From a virus (lineage: Duplodnaviria > Heunggongvirae > Uroviricota > Caudoviricetes): a DNA stretch of 25,436 nucleotides. The stretch covers positions 1 through 25,436 of IMG/VR virus record IMGVR_UViG_3300034105_002625; one strand, given 5' to 3'. The position numbers were made by a program, and so were the translations under genes. Below the pieces are notes generated by a model, which was not told the DNA's origin, did not search any database, and worked only from the letters and a program-made list of their open reading frames with translations. Shown piece after piece: positions 1 to 7,417 of the stretch (positions within the stretch are counted from its first letter, which is position 1; each line of letters starts with the position of its first letter).

Positions 1-183
1 TGGTTAGAAAATCTTCTAGATGTAACTACTATGCAAACAAGTTTAGAAGCACAAATAGCTTCACTTATCAACCCAACAACTATAACAGGACCACTTTACA
101 GTGCTCCAGTAACAGGTTCAGTAGAGGTAATATTATTAGCAGAGGTAACAGGATCAGCAGATGTAACAGGATCAGTTGCATAA
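1..183 (+). CDS. 3' end of a truncated phage protein, possibly tail-fibre-associated
   Basis: Frame 1 is open from base 1 to TAA at 181-183 (WLENLLDVTTMQTSLEAQIASLINPTTITGPLYSAP...). Codon usage matches neighbouring genes. The LxAQIxxxINPT pattern resembles small proteins I recall near tail-fibre genes of aquatic phages (inference). Confidence 0.6.
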   Translation, partial: WLENLLDVTTMQTSLEAQIASLINPTTITGPLYSAPVTGSVEVILLAEVTGSADVTGSVA

Positions 184-204
184 TTAAAAATAAGTTCATA
201 TATT
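176..204 (+). promoter_or_regulatory. Sigma70-type promoter TTGCAT-N17-TATATT
   Basis: -35 at 176-181 and -10 at 199-204, preceded by TTCA. The same architecture recurs at 3352, 12801 and 14650. Confidence 0.55.
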
Positions 205-230
205 ACTAAATAAACACAAAATCGTTACAA

Positions 231-503
231 ATGGAAACTAAAAAGTTATCACAAGAGGAATTGAAACAAATTCAAGACATTCAAAACAAAAGTCAAGCTA
301 TTACAGTAGAGTTTGGGCAAATTGAATTATTAAAAATTCAATTAAAATCAAGAAGAGCTAACGCAGAAGAATTCTTGAAAGAATTAGGACAAGAAGAAAA
401 AACATTAGCTGAAGCATTAGAAGCTGCTTACGGAAAAGGGTCTATCAATCTAGAAAAAGGAGAATTTACTCCTTACGAAGAAGAAGCTGAAGTAGTAGAG
501 TAA
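231..503 (+). CDS. Small acidic coiled-coil hypothetical phage protein (90 aa)
   Basis: ATG start with an A-rich leader, heptad-like helical sequence, own promoter and terminator. Function not recognised. Confidence 0.75.
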   Translation: METKKLSQEELKQIQDIQNKSQAITVEFGQIELLKIQLKSRRANAEEFLKELGQEEKTLAEALEAAYGKGSINLEKGEFTPYEEEAEVVE

Positions 504-527
504 TTTCTACTAAAAGTAAAAAGAATA

Positions 528-555
528 AAAGGAGGGTTTTGACTCTCCTTTCCTA
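528..555 (+). terminator. Intrinsic terminator-like hairpin
   Basis: AAAGGAGGGT-TTTG-ACTCTCCTTT (10-bp stem with one G-U pair), 25 nt after the stop at 503. The U-tract is imperfect. Confidence 0.6.
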
Positions 556-561
556 TTTATT
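554..561 (+). promoter_or_regulatory. TATTTATT variant of the recurrent TATTTATA motif
   Basis: Intergenic, immediately after the hairpin and upstream of the sheath gene. Confidence 0.3.
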
Positions 562-610
562 ATGGAATACAGAACCTAGCACTATAGGGTGGTTTCCCAA
601 AACCAGATGA

Positions 611-618
611 TATTTATA
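611..618 (+). promoter_or_regulatory. TATTTATA motif, candidate phage late promoter
   Basis: Exact copy 27 nt upstream of the sheath ATG. Confidence 0.55.
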
Positions 619-645
619 ATAAATTAAAAAACAAATTTATAAAAC

Positions 646-2772
646 ATGGCAGAATCAATTATCTCTCCAGGAGTATATACAAGAGAAAACGACACCTCTT
701 ATATCACACCAGCACCAATTCAGGCAGGAGCAGCATTTGTTGGACCAACAGTTAAAGGGCCGGACAATCAGCCTCTTATTGTTACATCATATAGTGACTA
801 CGTAAGAAAGTTTGGTGAAACCTTTTTATCAGCTTCTAACAGACAGTATGAATTCCTTACTTCTGTAGCAGTAAAAAACTATTTTCAAAATGGTGGACAA
901 ACAGCTATAGTAACTAGAATTGTATCAGGAACTTATGACGGAGCAACTAGTACAAATATCCAAAGTGGAATTCTTGCAACAACAGCTTCACTTACAATTA
1001 GTAGTGCAAGTTTAGCACCATTTATTACACCAACAGGATCTTTCTCAATTAATGGAATTAACATTGCAGTAACAGGAAGCACTCCTCCAGCAAATACACC
1101 AACAACTCTTTTTGTAGCTTCAGGATCAACACCAGCAGATTCAATAACAGCAATTGTAACAGCTTTTAATTTTAGCTCATCAGTAGCACTATACAGTGCA
1201 TCACTTGGGAATATTAAAGCAGCAGCATCTGGAACTACAGGATTGCTTTTCAATACGACTGCTTCTTTAGTAGGAACTAACACTTTATCAAGTACACTAA
1301 ACGGATATACAAGTGTAGTTGGGGCTACTACTACAAACTTCAGTGGAGCAACAGGAACAACTACTATAGCAATAAAAACTTTAGGAAAAGGAATTCTTTA
1401 CAATAACTCTACATCAGCTACAGACTCAGGAGCACTAAACTCAGACGGATCTTTAGTATCAGGATCAGCAGATAACGTAAGATGGGAAATTGCAAATGTA
1501 AATAATGCATTAGGAACATTCTCAATACTAGTAAGACAGGGAAATGATAGTACAAATAACAAAACTATACTAGAGACATTTAATGTAAACCTTGATCCAA
1601 ACTCAGATAATTATATTGAGAAAGTAATTGGTAACCAACATATTGAAGTAGGTACAGATGGTTCAACATCTTATAACTACCCAGTAGGTGAGTATCCAAA
1701 TGCTTCTAACTATATTAGAGTATCAGCAGTTAATTTACCAACTAACTACTACCTAGCAAATGACGGTATCACAGTTAATACAGATGCTAACGGTATTACT
1801 TTTGCAGCATCTTTACCGCAAGTAAACTCAGGATCATTTCAAGGAGCACTAGGAGCAGTAAAAGCAGGAGCTAAATTCTTTGGAGATATTACAAATGGAT
1901 CTACAGATGCACAAGGATTAGTAGCAGCAAACTATACAGTAGCTCTATCATTACTTGCAAATAAAGATGAATATCAATTCAACATAGTATCAACACCGGG
2001 TTTAATCTACAAAAATAGTGCTTTCACTTCAACAGTAAACGCATTTATTGCTTTAGCAGAAAATAGAGGAGATTGTATTGCAGTAGTAGACTTAGTAGAA
2101 CAGGGAGAGGTAGTAGCTAACGTAACAACAGAAGCAGCTTCATTGAATAGTTCATATGCAGCAACTTACTGGCCTTGGTTACAAATCAAATCTGCTACAG
2201 GTAGAAACGAATGGACTCCAGCAGGAACAGTAATTCCAGGAGTATATGCATTCACAGATGCTTCATCAGCACCATGGTTTGCACCAGCAGGATTAGTAAG
2301 AGGAGGAATCGGAGGAGTAATTCAAGCAGAAAGAAAATTAACTAAAGGTGATAGAGATACTCTTTACTCAGCTAAAGTTAATCCAATTGCTACATTCCCA
2401 GGATCAGGTATATCAGTATTCGGACAAAAAACATTACAAACTAAAGCATCAGCATTAGATAGAGTTAACGTAAGACGTTTACTTATAGAACTTAAGAAGT
2501 TCATTGGTGACCAAGCAAGAAACTTAGTATTTGAACAAAATACTATAGCAACTAGAAATAAGTTCTTAGCGACGGTTAATCCATATCTTGAATCAGTAGT
2601 ACAAAGACAAGGTCTTTATGCATACAGAGTTGTAATGGACGATACTAACAACACAGCAGATGTAGTTGATAGAAATCAATTAATAGGACAGATATTTATC
2701 CAACCAGCTAAAACAATTGAATTTGTTGTATTAGATTTCACAATCGAACCAACAGGAGCAACGTTCGGATAA
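646..2772 (+). CDS. Contractile tail sheath protein (T4 gp18-like)
   Basis: N-terminal SPGVYTRE and AAFVGPTVKGP motifs; C-terminal PWFAPAG, KVNPI, VFGQKTL, DRVNVRRLL and IFIQPAKTIEFV motifs typical of sheath proteins. Lies directly before the tube gene. Confidence 0.95.
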   Translation: MAESIISPGVYTRENDTSYITPAPIQAGAAFVGPTVKGPDNQPLIVTSYSDYVRKFGETFLSASNRQYEFLTSVAVKNYFQNGGQTAIVTRIVSGTYDGATSTNIQSGILATTASLTISSASLAPFITPTGSFSINGINIAVTGSTPPANTPTTLFVASGSTPADSITAIVTAFNFSSSVALYSASLGNIKAAASGTTGLLFNTTASLVGTNTLSSTLNGYTSVVGATTTNFSGATGTTTIAIKTLGKGILYNNSTSATDSGALNSDGSLVSGSADNVRWEIANVNNALGTFSILVRQGNDSTNNKTILETFNVNLDPNSDNYIEKVIGNQHIEVGTDGSTSYNYPVGEYPNASNYIRVSAVNLPTNYYLANDGITVNTDANGITFAASLPQVNSGSFQGALGAVKAGAKFFGDITNGSTDAQGLVAANYTVALSLLANKDEYQFNIVSTPGLIYKNSAFTSTVNAFIALAENRGDCIAVVDLVEQGEVVANVTTEAASLNSSYAATYWPWLQIKSATGRNEWTPAGTVIPGVYAFTDASSAPWFAPAGLVRGGIGGVIQAERKLTKGDRDTLYSAKVNPIATFPGSGISVFGQKTLQTKASALDRVNVRRLLIELKKFIGDQARNLVFEQNTIATRNKFLATVNPYLESVVQRQGLYAYRVVMDDTNNTADVVDRNQLIGQIFIQPAKTIEFVVLDFTIEPTGATFG

Positions 2773-2788
2773 TATTTAGAAAAACAGA

Positions 2789-2796
2789 TATTTATA
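2789..2796 (+). promoter_or_regulatory. TATTTATA motif, candidate phage late promoter
   Basis: Exact copy 20 nt upstream of the tube ATG. Confidence 0.55.
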
Positions 2797-2816
2797 ATTA
2801 AATAAGTAAAAATAAA

Positions 2817-3305
2817 ATGGCAGTATTAGATCCGAATGAAATAATGTTCAGAGCCTTCGAACCAATGGTTCAACACAGGTTCGTAATGTATATAGACAAT
2901 ATCCCAGCCTTCATGATTAAAAACGTGAAAGCTCCTAACTTCACAGATTCAGAGATCAAACTTGATCACATTAACTCTTACAGAAAAATAAGAGGAAAAA
3001 GAAACTGGGAGAATATGGATATGACTTTATACTCACCAATCACACCTTCAGGTGCTCAAGCAGTAATGGAATGGGCTCGTCTAGGATACGAATCAGTAAC
3101 AGGTAGAGCTGGATATTCAGATTTCTATAAGAAAGATTTAACTCTTAATATTCTAGGACCTGTAGGAGATATCGTAGGGGAATGGATTATCAAAGGAGCT
3201 TTCTTAACAAAAGGAGATTTTGGACAATTTGACTGGACTTCTGCTGACGGAGTAGTAGAGATAGGAATCTCAATAGCAATGGATTATTGTGTATTGAATT
3301 ACTAA
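2817..3305 (+). CDS. Tail tube protein (T4 gp19-like)
   Basis: 162 aa following the sheath gene; tube-family pattern (KIRGKRNWENMDMTLY, VMEW, YKKDLTLNILGPVGDIVGEWIIKGAF, FDW). Confidence 0.92.
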   Translation: MAVLDPNEIMFRAFEPMVQHRFVMYIDNIPAFMIKNVKAPNFTDSEIKLDHINSYRKIRGKRNWENMDMTLYSPITPSGAQAVMEWARLGYESVTGRAGYSDFYKKDLTLNILGPVGDIVGEWIIKGAFLTKGDFGQFDWTSADGVVEIGISIAMDYCVLNY

Positions 3306-3327
3306 TAAAATTCAAATAAAAATTAAC

Positions 3328-3358
3328 AAGCCTGGCAATCGTCAGGCTTTGTTGTTTT
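3328..3358 (+). terminator. Intrinsic terminator after the tube gene
   Basis: AAGCCTGGC-AATC-GTCAGGCTT (9-bp stem with one G-U pair) followed by TGTTGTTTT. Confidence 0.75.
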
Positions 3359-3380
3359 AAAAAAGTTTTATTCATATATT
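3352..3380 (+). promoter_or_regulatory. Sigma70-type promoter TTGTTT-N17-TATATT
   Basis: -35 at 3352-3357 and -10 at 3375-3380, preceded by TTCA. Overlaps a TATTTATA copy. Confidence 0.55.
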
Positions 3381-3384
3381 TATA
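3377..3384 (+). promoter_or_regulatory. TATTTATA motif, candidate phage late promoter
   Basis: Exact copy 30 nt upstream of the ATG at 3415. Confidence 0.5.
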
Positions 3385-3414
3385 TATAGAAAAAGTTACT
3401 AACAAATAAAATTT

Positions 3415-4164
3415 ATGGAAAACAAATTTAACCTACCAACCGAAACGGTAGACCTTCCTTCAAAAGGACTTCTTTATCCAAAAGATTCCCCACTAGCAGA
3501 AGGTAAAATTGAAATGAAATATATGACCGCTAAGGAAGAAGATATTTTAACAAATTCAAATTACATTAGACAAGGAGTAGTTATTGATAAATTACTACAA
3601 TCACTAATCATCTCACCAATCAACTACTCAGACCTGCTTATAGGGGATAAGGATGCAGTTATGATGGCTGCACGTATTTTAGGGTACGGAAAAGATTATG
3701 ACTTTCAATACGCAGGAGAAAAAGTAACAGTAGATTTATCTACATTACAGCTTAAAGAATTAGACGAAAGTATAATAAAAGAAAAAGGTAAGAATGAGTT
3801 TGAATATAAACTTCCAAATACAGATAATAATATCACCTTCAGGCTATTAACACAAAAAGACGATAGAGATATTGATGCTGAATTAGAGGGATTAAAAAAA
3901 CTAAACAAGAACGCTAATAACGAATTGACAACACGTCTAAAGTATATGATATTGTCAATCAACGGAAACTACGAAAGAGGTACAGTGAGACAGTTTGTAG
4001 ATACAGCCTTCTTAGCTAGAGACTCTAGAGCATTCAGAGAATACTATGCTCAGATATCCCCAGGAGTAGAAACAAAAATTAAATTTGAAACAGAGTTTGG
4101 TGAAGAGGAGGACATCAACATTCAATTTAATTCTAACTTTTTTTGGCCTGAGTCCGGAAACTAG
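3415..4164 (+). CDS. Tail/baseplate-hub assembly chaperone (T4 gp26-like)
   Basis: LPTETVDLPSKGLLYP and MKYMTAKEEDIL N-terminal motifs of gp26-like proteins. Sits between tube and tape measure; ends NFFWPESGN. Confidence 0.8.
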   Translation: MENKFNLPTETVDLPSKGLLYPKDSPLAEGKIEMKYMTAKEEDILTNSNYIRQGVVIDKLLQSLIISPINYSDLLIGDKDAVMMAARILGYGKDYDFQYAGEKVTVDLSTLQLKELDESIIKEKGKNEFEYKLPNTDNNITFRLLTQKDDRDIDAELEGLKKLNKNANNELTTRLKYMILSINGNYERGTVRQFVDTAFLARDSRAFREYYAQISPGVETKIKFETEFGEEEDINIQFNSNFFWPESGN

Positions 4165-4417
4165 AGGAAACATTTTTAGGCAAATACATGAAATAGTCTT
4201 TCATGGACAAGGAGGTTATGATTGGGAGGCAGTTTACAATATGCCAGTATGGTTAAGGAGATTTACCTTCAGCACACTGCAAGAACATTACGATAAGTTA
4301 AATGCAGAAAATGATGATGAACTTAAACCAGTTAAAAACGGCAATAAAGTAGCACCACCAGATATTGTTCAAAAAGCAATGACACCAACATACAGTACGA
4401 AGGCATCTAATAAATGA
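4139..4417 (+). CDS. Chaperone extension ORF (gpT/gpE'/T4 gp51-like), probably expressed by +1 frameshift from 3415..4164
   Basis: The track ORF 4085..4417 starts at TTG. Its first in-frame ATG (4241) lies inside the YDWEAVYNMPVWLRRF motif, which resembles chaperone-extension domains. The frames overlap at a T7 run (4138-4144). Confidence 0.7.
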   Translation, partial: FFGLSPETRGNIFRQIHEIVFHGQGGYDWEAVYNMPVWLRRFTFSTLQEHYDKLNAENDDELKPVKNGNKVAPPDIVQKAMTPTYSTKASNK

Positions 4418-4425
4418 TGCCTTTT
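4400..4425 (+). terminator. Hairpin overlapping the stop of the chaperone extension, terminator candidate
   Basis: AAGGCATC-TAATAAAT-GATGCCTT perfect 8-bp stem followed by TT, immediately before a TATTTATA motif. Confidence 0.55.
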
Positions 4426-4427
4426 GC

Positions 4428-4435
4428 TATTTATA
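4428..4435 (+). promoter_or_regulatory. TATTTATA motif, candidate phage late promoter
   Basis: Exact copy 15 nt upstream of the tape measure ATG. Confidence 0.55.
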
Positions 4436-4450
4436 TGTATATAAAACACT

Positions 4451-7141
4451 ATGGCAAATCAAGGACCGCAAAAGACTTTTGACGACTATGCAAAGGCAAT
4501 AGAAGCCTTAAACAAAAAAATTATAAGTTTAGATGGAAATGGATTCCCAAATCTAACTAACGAGCTAAAGGGAATGCAAGGCGACACCGCTAGAGCTACG
4601 AAGCTATTTGAACTAATGTCTAGGGAGGCTCATGATTTAGAAGATGTCTTTGGAGCAATATCCACTACAATAAAAAACGTAGTAGCAGATTTAGATAAGT
4701 CAACAAAGGCAACTACTCTTTTTAAAAGAGGGTTAAATAGCGTAGAGGGGATAGCTAGGAAATTAGCAGATCATAAAAATGATGAGAACGTACTTACTGT
4801 AAAGCAGTTAGGTAATCTGAATAAGCAGTTAGGTTTAGAAATACAAAGCTTAGACAAAGCTCGAGAAAGAGCATCTGAAGAACAGAAAGCACTGCAGACA
4901 AAGATAAGGTACGGTAAAGCTTCCGCAGCAGAGATAAGATACTCTGAAGAACTATCCAACTACACCAAAGAAATAAACTCAGCTTTAAATCTAAAGAATA
5001 GTTACCTTGATAAAATTGTAAAGCATTCTGAAAGAGAAATCCAAATTGAAAGAGATATTCAAAAGACAATTGGACTTACTGGAATGGCTTTTAAAGGAAT
5101 TGCAGGAACACTTCAAAAAATAGGAGTAGAGTCTCAAGCTATAGAAGATCTTAATAAAAAAATTCGAGATACAGCAAAAGAAACTGGAAGTGCTTGGAAG
5201 ACAGCAGGAACAGCAATTAAAGGGACTTTTCAAATGGTAGGAGAAAGTTTAAGAGATCCTGCTGTTCAAATCGCCTTTGTAACAAAGTATTTTAAGACTC
5301 TATATGAAATAGGTTCACAGTTTAGTGCAAGAACTTTTGAAATACAAAAATCATTAGGACTTTCTACTTCTGCAGCAAAAGCTATGAACCAGGAGTTCTA
5401 CAACATGCAGCAAAGTACAAATAACATATATGCAAACTACAAAGACCTAGCAGCTGCAAATGCAAACCTAAATGAATCTTTAGGAACATCAGTAACTTTT
5501 TCTGCAGATATGCTTACAACACAGGCTAAGTTGATGGAGGTAACAGGATTAACCTCTGAAGAGTCTGCTAAAATTTACGAATACTCACTTCTTACTGGGC
5601 AATCTCAAGAACAGGTCTATAACTCAATGGGTAAGACAAATAAAGGAGTCCTTAGTAATAAGAAAGTAATGCAAGAAGTCCTAAAAACAAGTGGACAATT
5701 AGCAGCACAATATAAAAACAACCCAGAATTACTTGGAAAAGCAGTTGTACAGGTACAGAAGTTAGGAATTAGCCTACAGCAAGCTAAGAATATGTCTAGC
5801 GGGTTACTAAACTTTGAAGATTCAATCTCTTCAGAATTAGAAGCAGAATTACTAACAGGACAAGAACTTAACTTAGAAAAGGCAAGAGCACTAGCTCTTC
5901 AAGGAAAGACAGCAGAAGCAGCATCAGAAATGCTAAGACAAACAGGAGGTTTAGCTAAGTTCCAAAGCATGAATGTTCTCCAGCAGGATGCATTAGCTAA
6001 ATCTATGGGAATGTCTACAGATGAATTAGCAGATTCATTAGTAAAAGCAGAACAGTTAAATAAACTAGACGGTGTTCAAAAAAGAGCATTAGATGAAAGA
6101 GTAAGTGCACTGAAGAAAGCAGGAGAATTTGAAAAAGCATCTCAATTAGAAAAACTAGTACTACAGGATAAGACCGTTACACTAGCGGAACAAGAATTAG
6201 ACACCCAGAGTAAAATTGACAAATCAGTAAGCTCTATTAAAGAATCTTTAAAATCAGCAATTGCAGGACCTCTCGCTAGTGTAACAGATAAACTGGCAAG
6301 TGTATTAGCAGCAATGGCAGCCAATCCTGTAATAAAAGCAATGCTAGGAGTAGCAGGAGGAGCAGCAGCTATTTTAGCAGGGGTTATGGCAGGAGCAATG
6401 GCTATAAGTGCTGCAAAGAGTATGTTATTTGGAAGTAGAGGTTCAAGCGTAGGTAGACCAATGTTTACCAAAGACGTAAGCGGTGGCGGTGGAGCTGCAT
6501 CTACAATAGGGGATGTATCTGAATCTTTAGGAGGAGGAAAAAGTGCAGGAATGGGAAAACAACTTAAAACTTTAGTTAAAAATCCAAAAGCAATGGGAAG
6601 AGCTCTAAGACGTTCCGGCGGAGGAAGCATGATGAAGGGATTAGGAAAAGGTTTACTAAAGGGTGGTCTAAAGAGTATTCCAATGTTAGGTGCACTAATA
6701 GGAGGAGGAATGGAAATAGCCGAAGGAGGCTTTAATGTAGAATCACTAAGTAGAGCAGCACTATCAGGAGGTGGAGCTTTCCTTGGCGGACTAGCAGGTT
6801 CAGCAGTAGCACCAGGAGTAGGTACAGTCGCAGGCGGAATTGGAGGAAGCATGGCTGGAGACTGGTTAGGAGATAAAATCTTTGGAGAAAGAGGAGAGAA
6901 ACCAGAAGAGATGCAAGACTTTATACTACGTCCAGGACAAAAACCTCTTAAATTTAGAAAAGACGATGTAATAATGGGTGGAACTAGTCTAACAGGAAAC
7001 GCAACTGGCGGTACTGGAGGAGGAAATGTAGAAGCTTTATTAAGAGAGTTGATAGCAGCAGTTAAAGAAGGAGGTAATATAAGCATAGGGGCAAATAAAC
7101 TAAATGAAGCTATAGGTATCAACCTACATCCAATGAGATAA
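4451..7141 (+). CDS. Tail tape measure protein (896 aa)
   Basis: Long Ala/Lys/Glu/Leu-rich helical protein directly after the chaperone pair, with hydrophobic Gly-rich segments in the C-terminal third. Confidence 0.88.
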   Translation: MANQGPQKTFDDYAKAIEALNKKIISLDGNGFPNLTNELKGMQGDTARATKLFELMSREAHDLEDVFGAISTTIKNVVADLDKSTKATTLFKRGLNSVEGIARKLADHKNDENVLTVKQLGNLNKQLGLEIQSLDKARERASEEQKALQTKIRYGKASAAEIRYSEELSNYTKEINSALNLKNSYLDKIVKHSEREIQIERDIQKTIGLTGMAFKGIAGTLQKIGVESQAIEDLNKKIRDTAKETGSAWKTAGTAIKGTFQMVGESLRDPAVQIAFVTKYFKTLYEIGSQFSARTFEIQKSLGLSTSAAKAMNQEFYNMQQSTNNIYANYKDLAAANANLNESLGTSVTFSADMLTTQAKLMEVTGLTSEESAKIYEYSLLTGQSQEQVYNSMGKTNKGVLSNKKVMQEVLKTSGQLAAQYKNNPELLGKAVVQVQKLGISLQQAKNMSSGLLNFEDSISSELEAELLTGQELNLEKARALALQGKTAEAASEMLRQTGGLAKFQSMNVLQQDALAKSMGMSTDELADSLVKAEQLNKLDGVQKRALDERVSALKKAGEFEKASQLEKLVLQDKTVTLAEQELDTQSKIDKSVSSIKESLKSAIAGPLASVTDKLASVLAAMAANPVIKAMLGVAGGAAAILAGVMAGAMAISAAKSMLFGSRGSSVGRPMFTKDVSGGGGAASTIGDVSESLGGGKSAGMGKQLKTLVKNPKAMGRALRRSGGGSMMKGLGKGLLKGGLKSIPMLGALIGGGMEIAEGGFNVESLSRAALSGGGAFLGGLAGSAVAPGVGTVAGGIGGSMAGDWLGDKIFGERGEKPEEMQDFILRPGQKPLKFRKDDVIMGGTSLTGNATGGTGGGNVEALLRELIAAVKEGGNISIGANKLNEAIGINLHPMR

Positions 7142-7155
7142 TAAAATAAACAAAC

Positions 7156-7163
7156 TATTTATA
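7156..7163 (+). promoter_or_regulatory. TATTTATA motif, candidate phage late promoter
   Basis: Exact copy 21 nt upstream of the ATG at 7185. Confidence 0.55.
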
Positions 7164-7184
7164 ATAAAATAAAAAACAATTAAT

Positions 7185-7409
7185 ATGGGACTATTAGATT
7201 TACTACCAACATCTAACTTAGGGTTAGACGGAGCAACACCAACACGTATACCAAGTGCTAATCCAGCATCAACCCTACACTATCAATCATCAATTACCGA
7301 TGTACCAAACATCGATCAAAGCCCTTCTGCATTAGACATAAACGGTATCAAACCAACTATCTCTCCTACAGGACAACAACTTCCATATTTGGATCATTTA
7401 CCTAGATAA
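7185..7409 (+). CDS. Small Pro-rich hypothetical protein in the tail module (74 aa)
   Basis: ATG with an A-rich leader and upstream motif; fills the gap between tape measure and baseplate genes. Confidence 0.7.
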   Translation: MGLLDLLPTSNLGLDGATPTRIPSANPASTLHYQSSITDVPNIDQSPSALDINGIKPTISPTGQQLPYLDHLPR

Positions 7410-7417
7410 GAAGCTAA

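Noticed and set aside
933-1283. 116-aa minus-strand ORF, and the other short minus-strand ORFs in the track
   Set aside because: All lie opposite well-supported + strand genes and have no recognisable motifs. The A-rich coding strand makes stop-poor reverse frames expected.
4105-4112. GAGGAGGA as a Shine-Dalgarno site or frameshift stimulator
   Set aside because: It is explained by the Glu-Glu-Asp codons, lies 25 nt from the T-run, has no +1-frame start codon at a suitable distance, and other genes here lack SD sites.
6142-7122. 326-aa minus-strand ORF
   Set aside because: Antisense shadow of the Gly/Ala-rich tape measure region. The Pro/Ser-rich translation is what GGA/GCA codons give on the opposite strand, and no start signals are visible.
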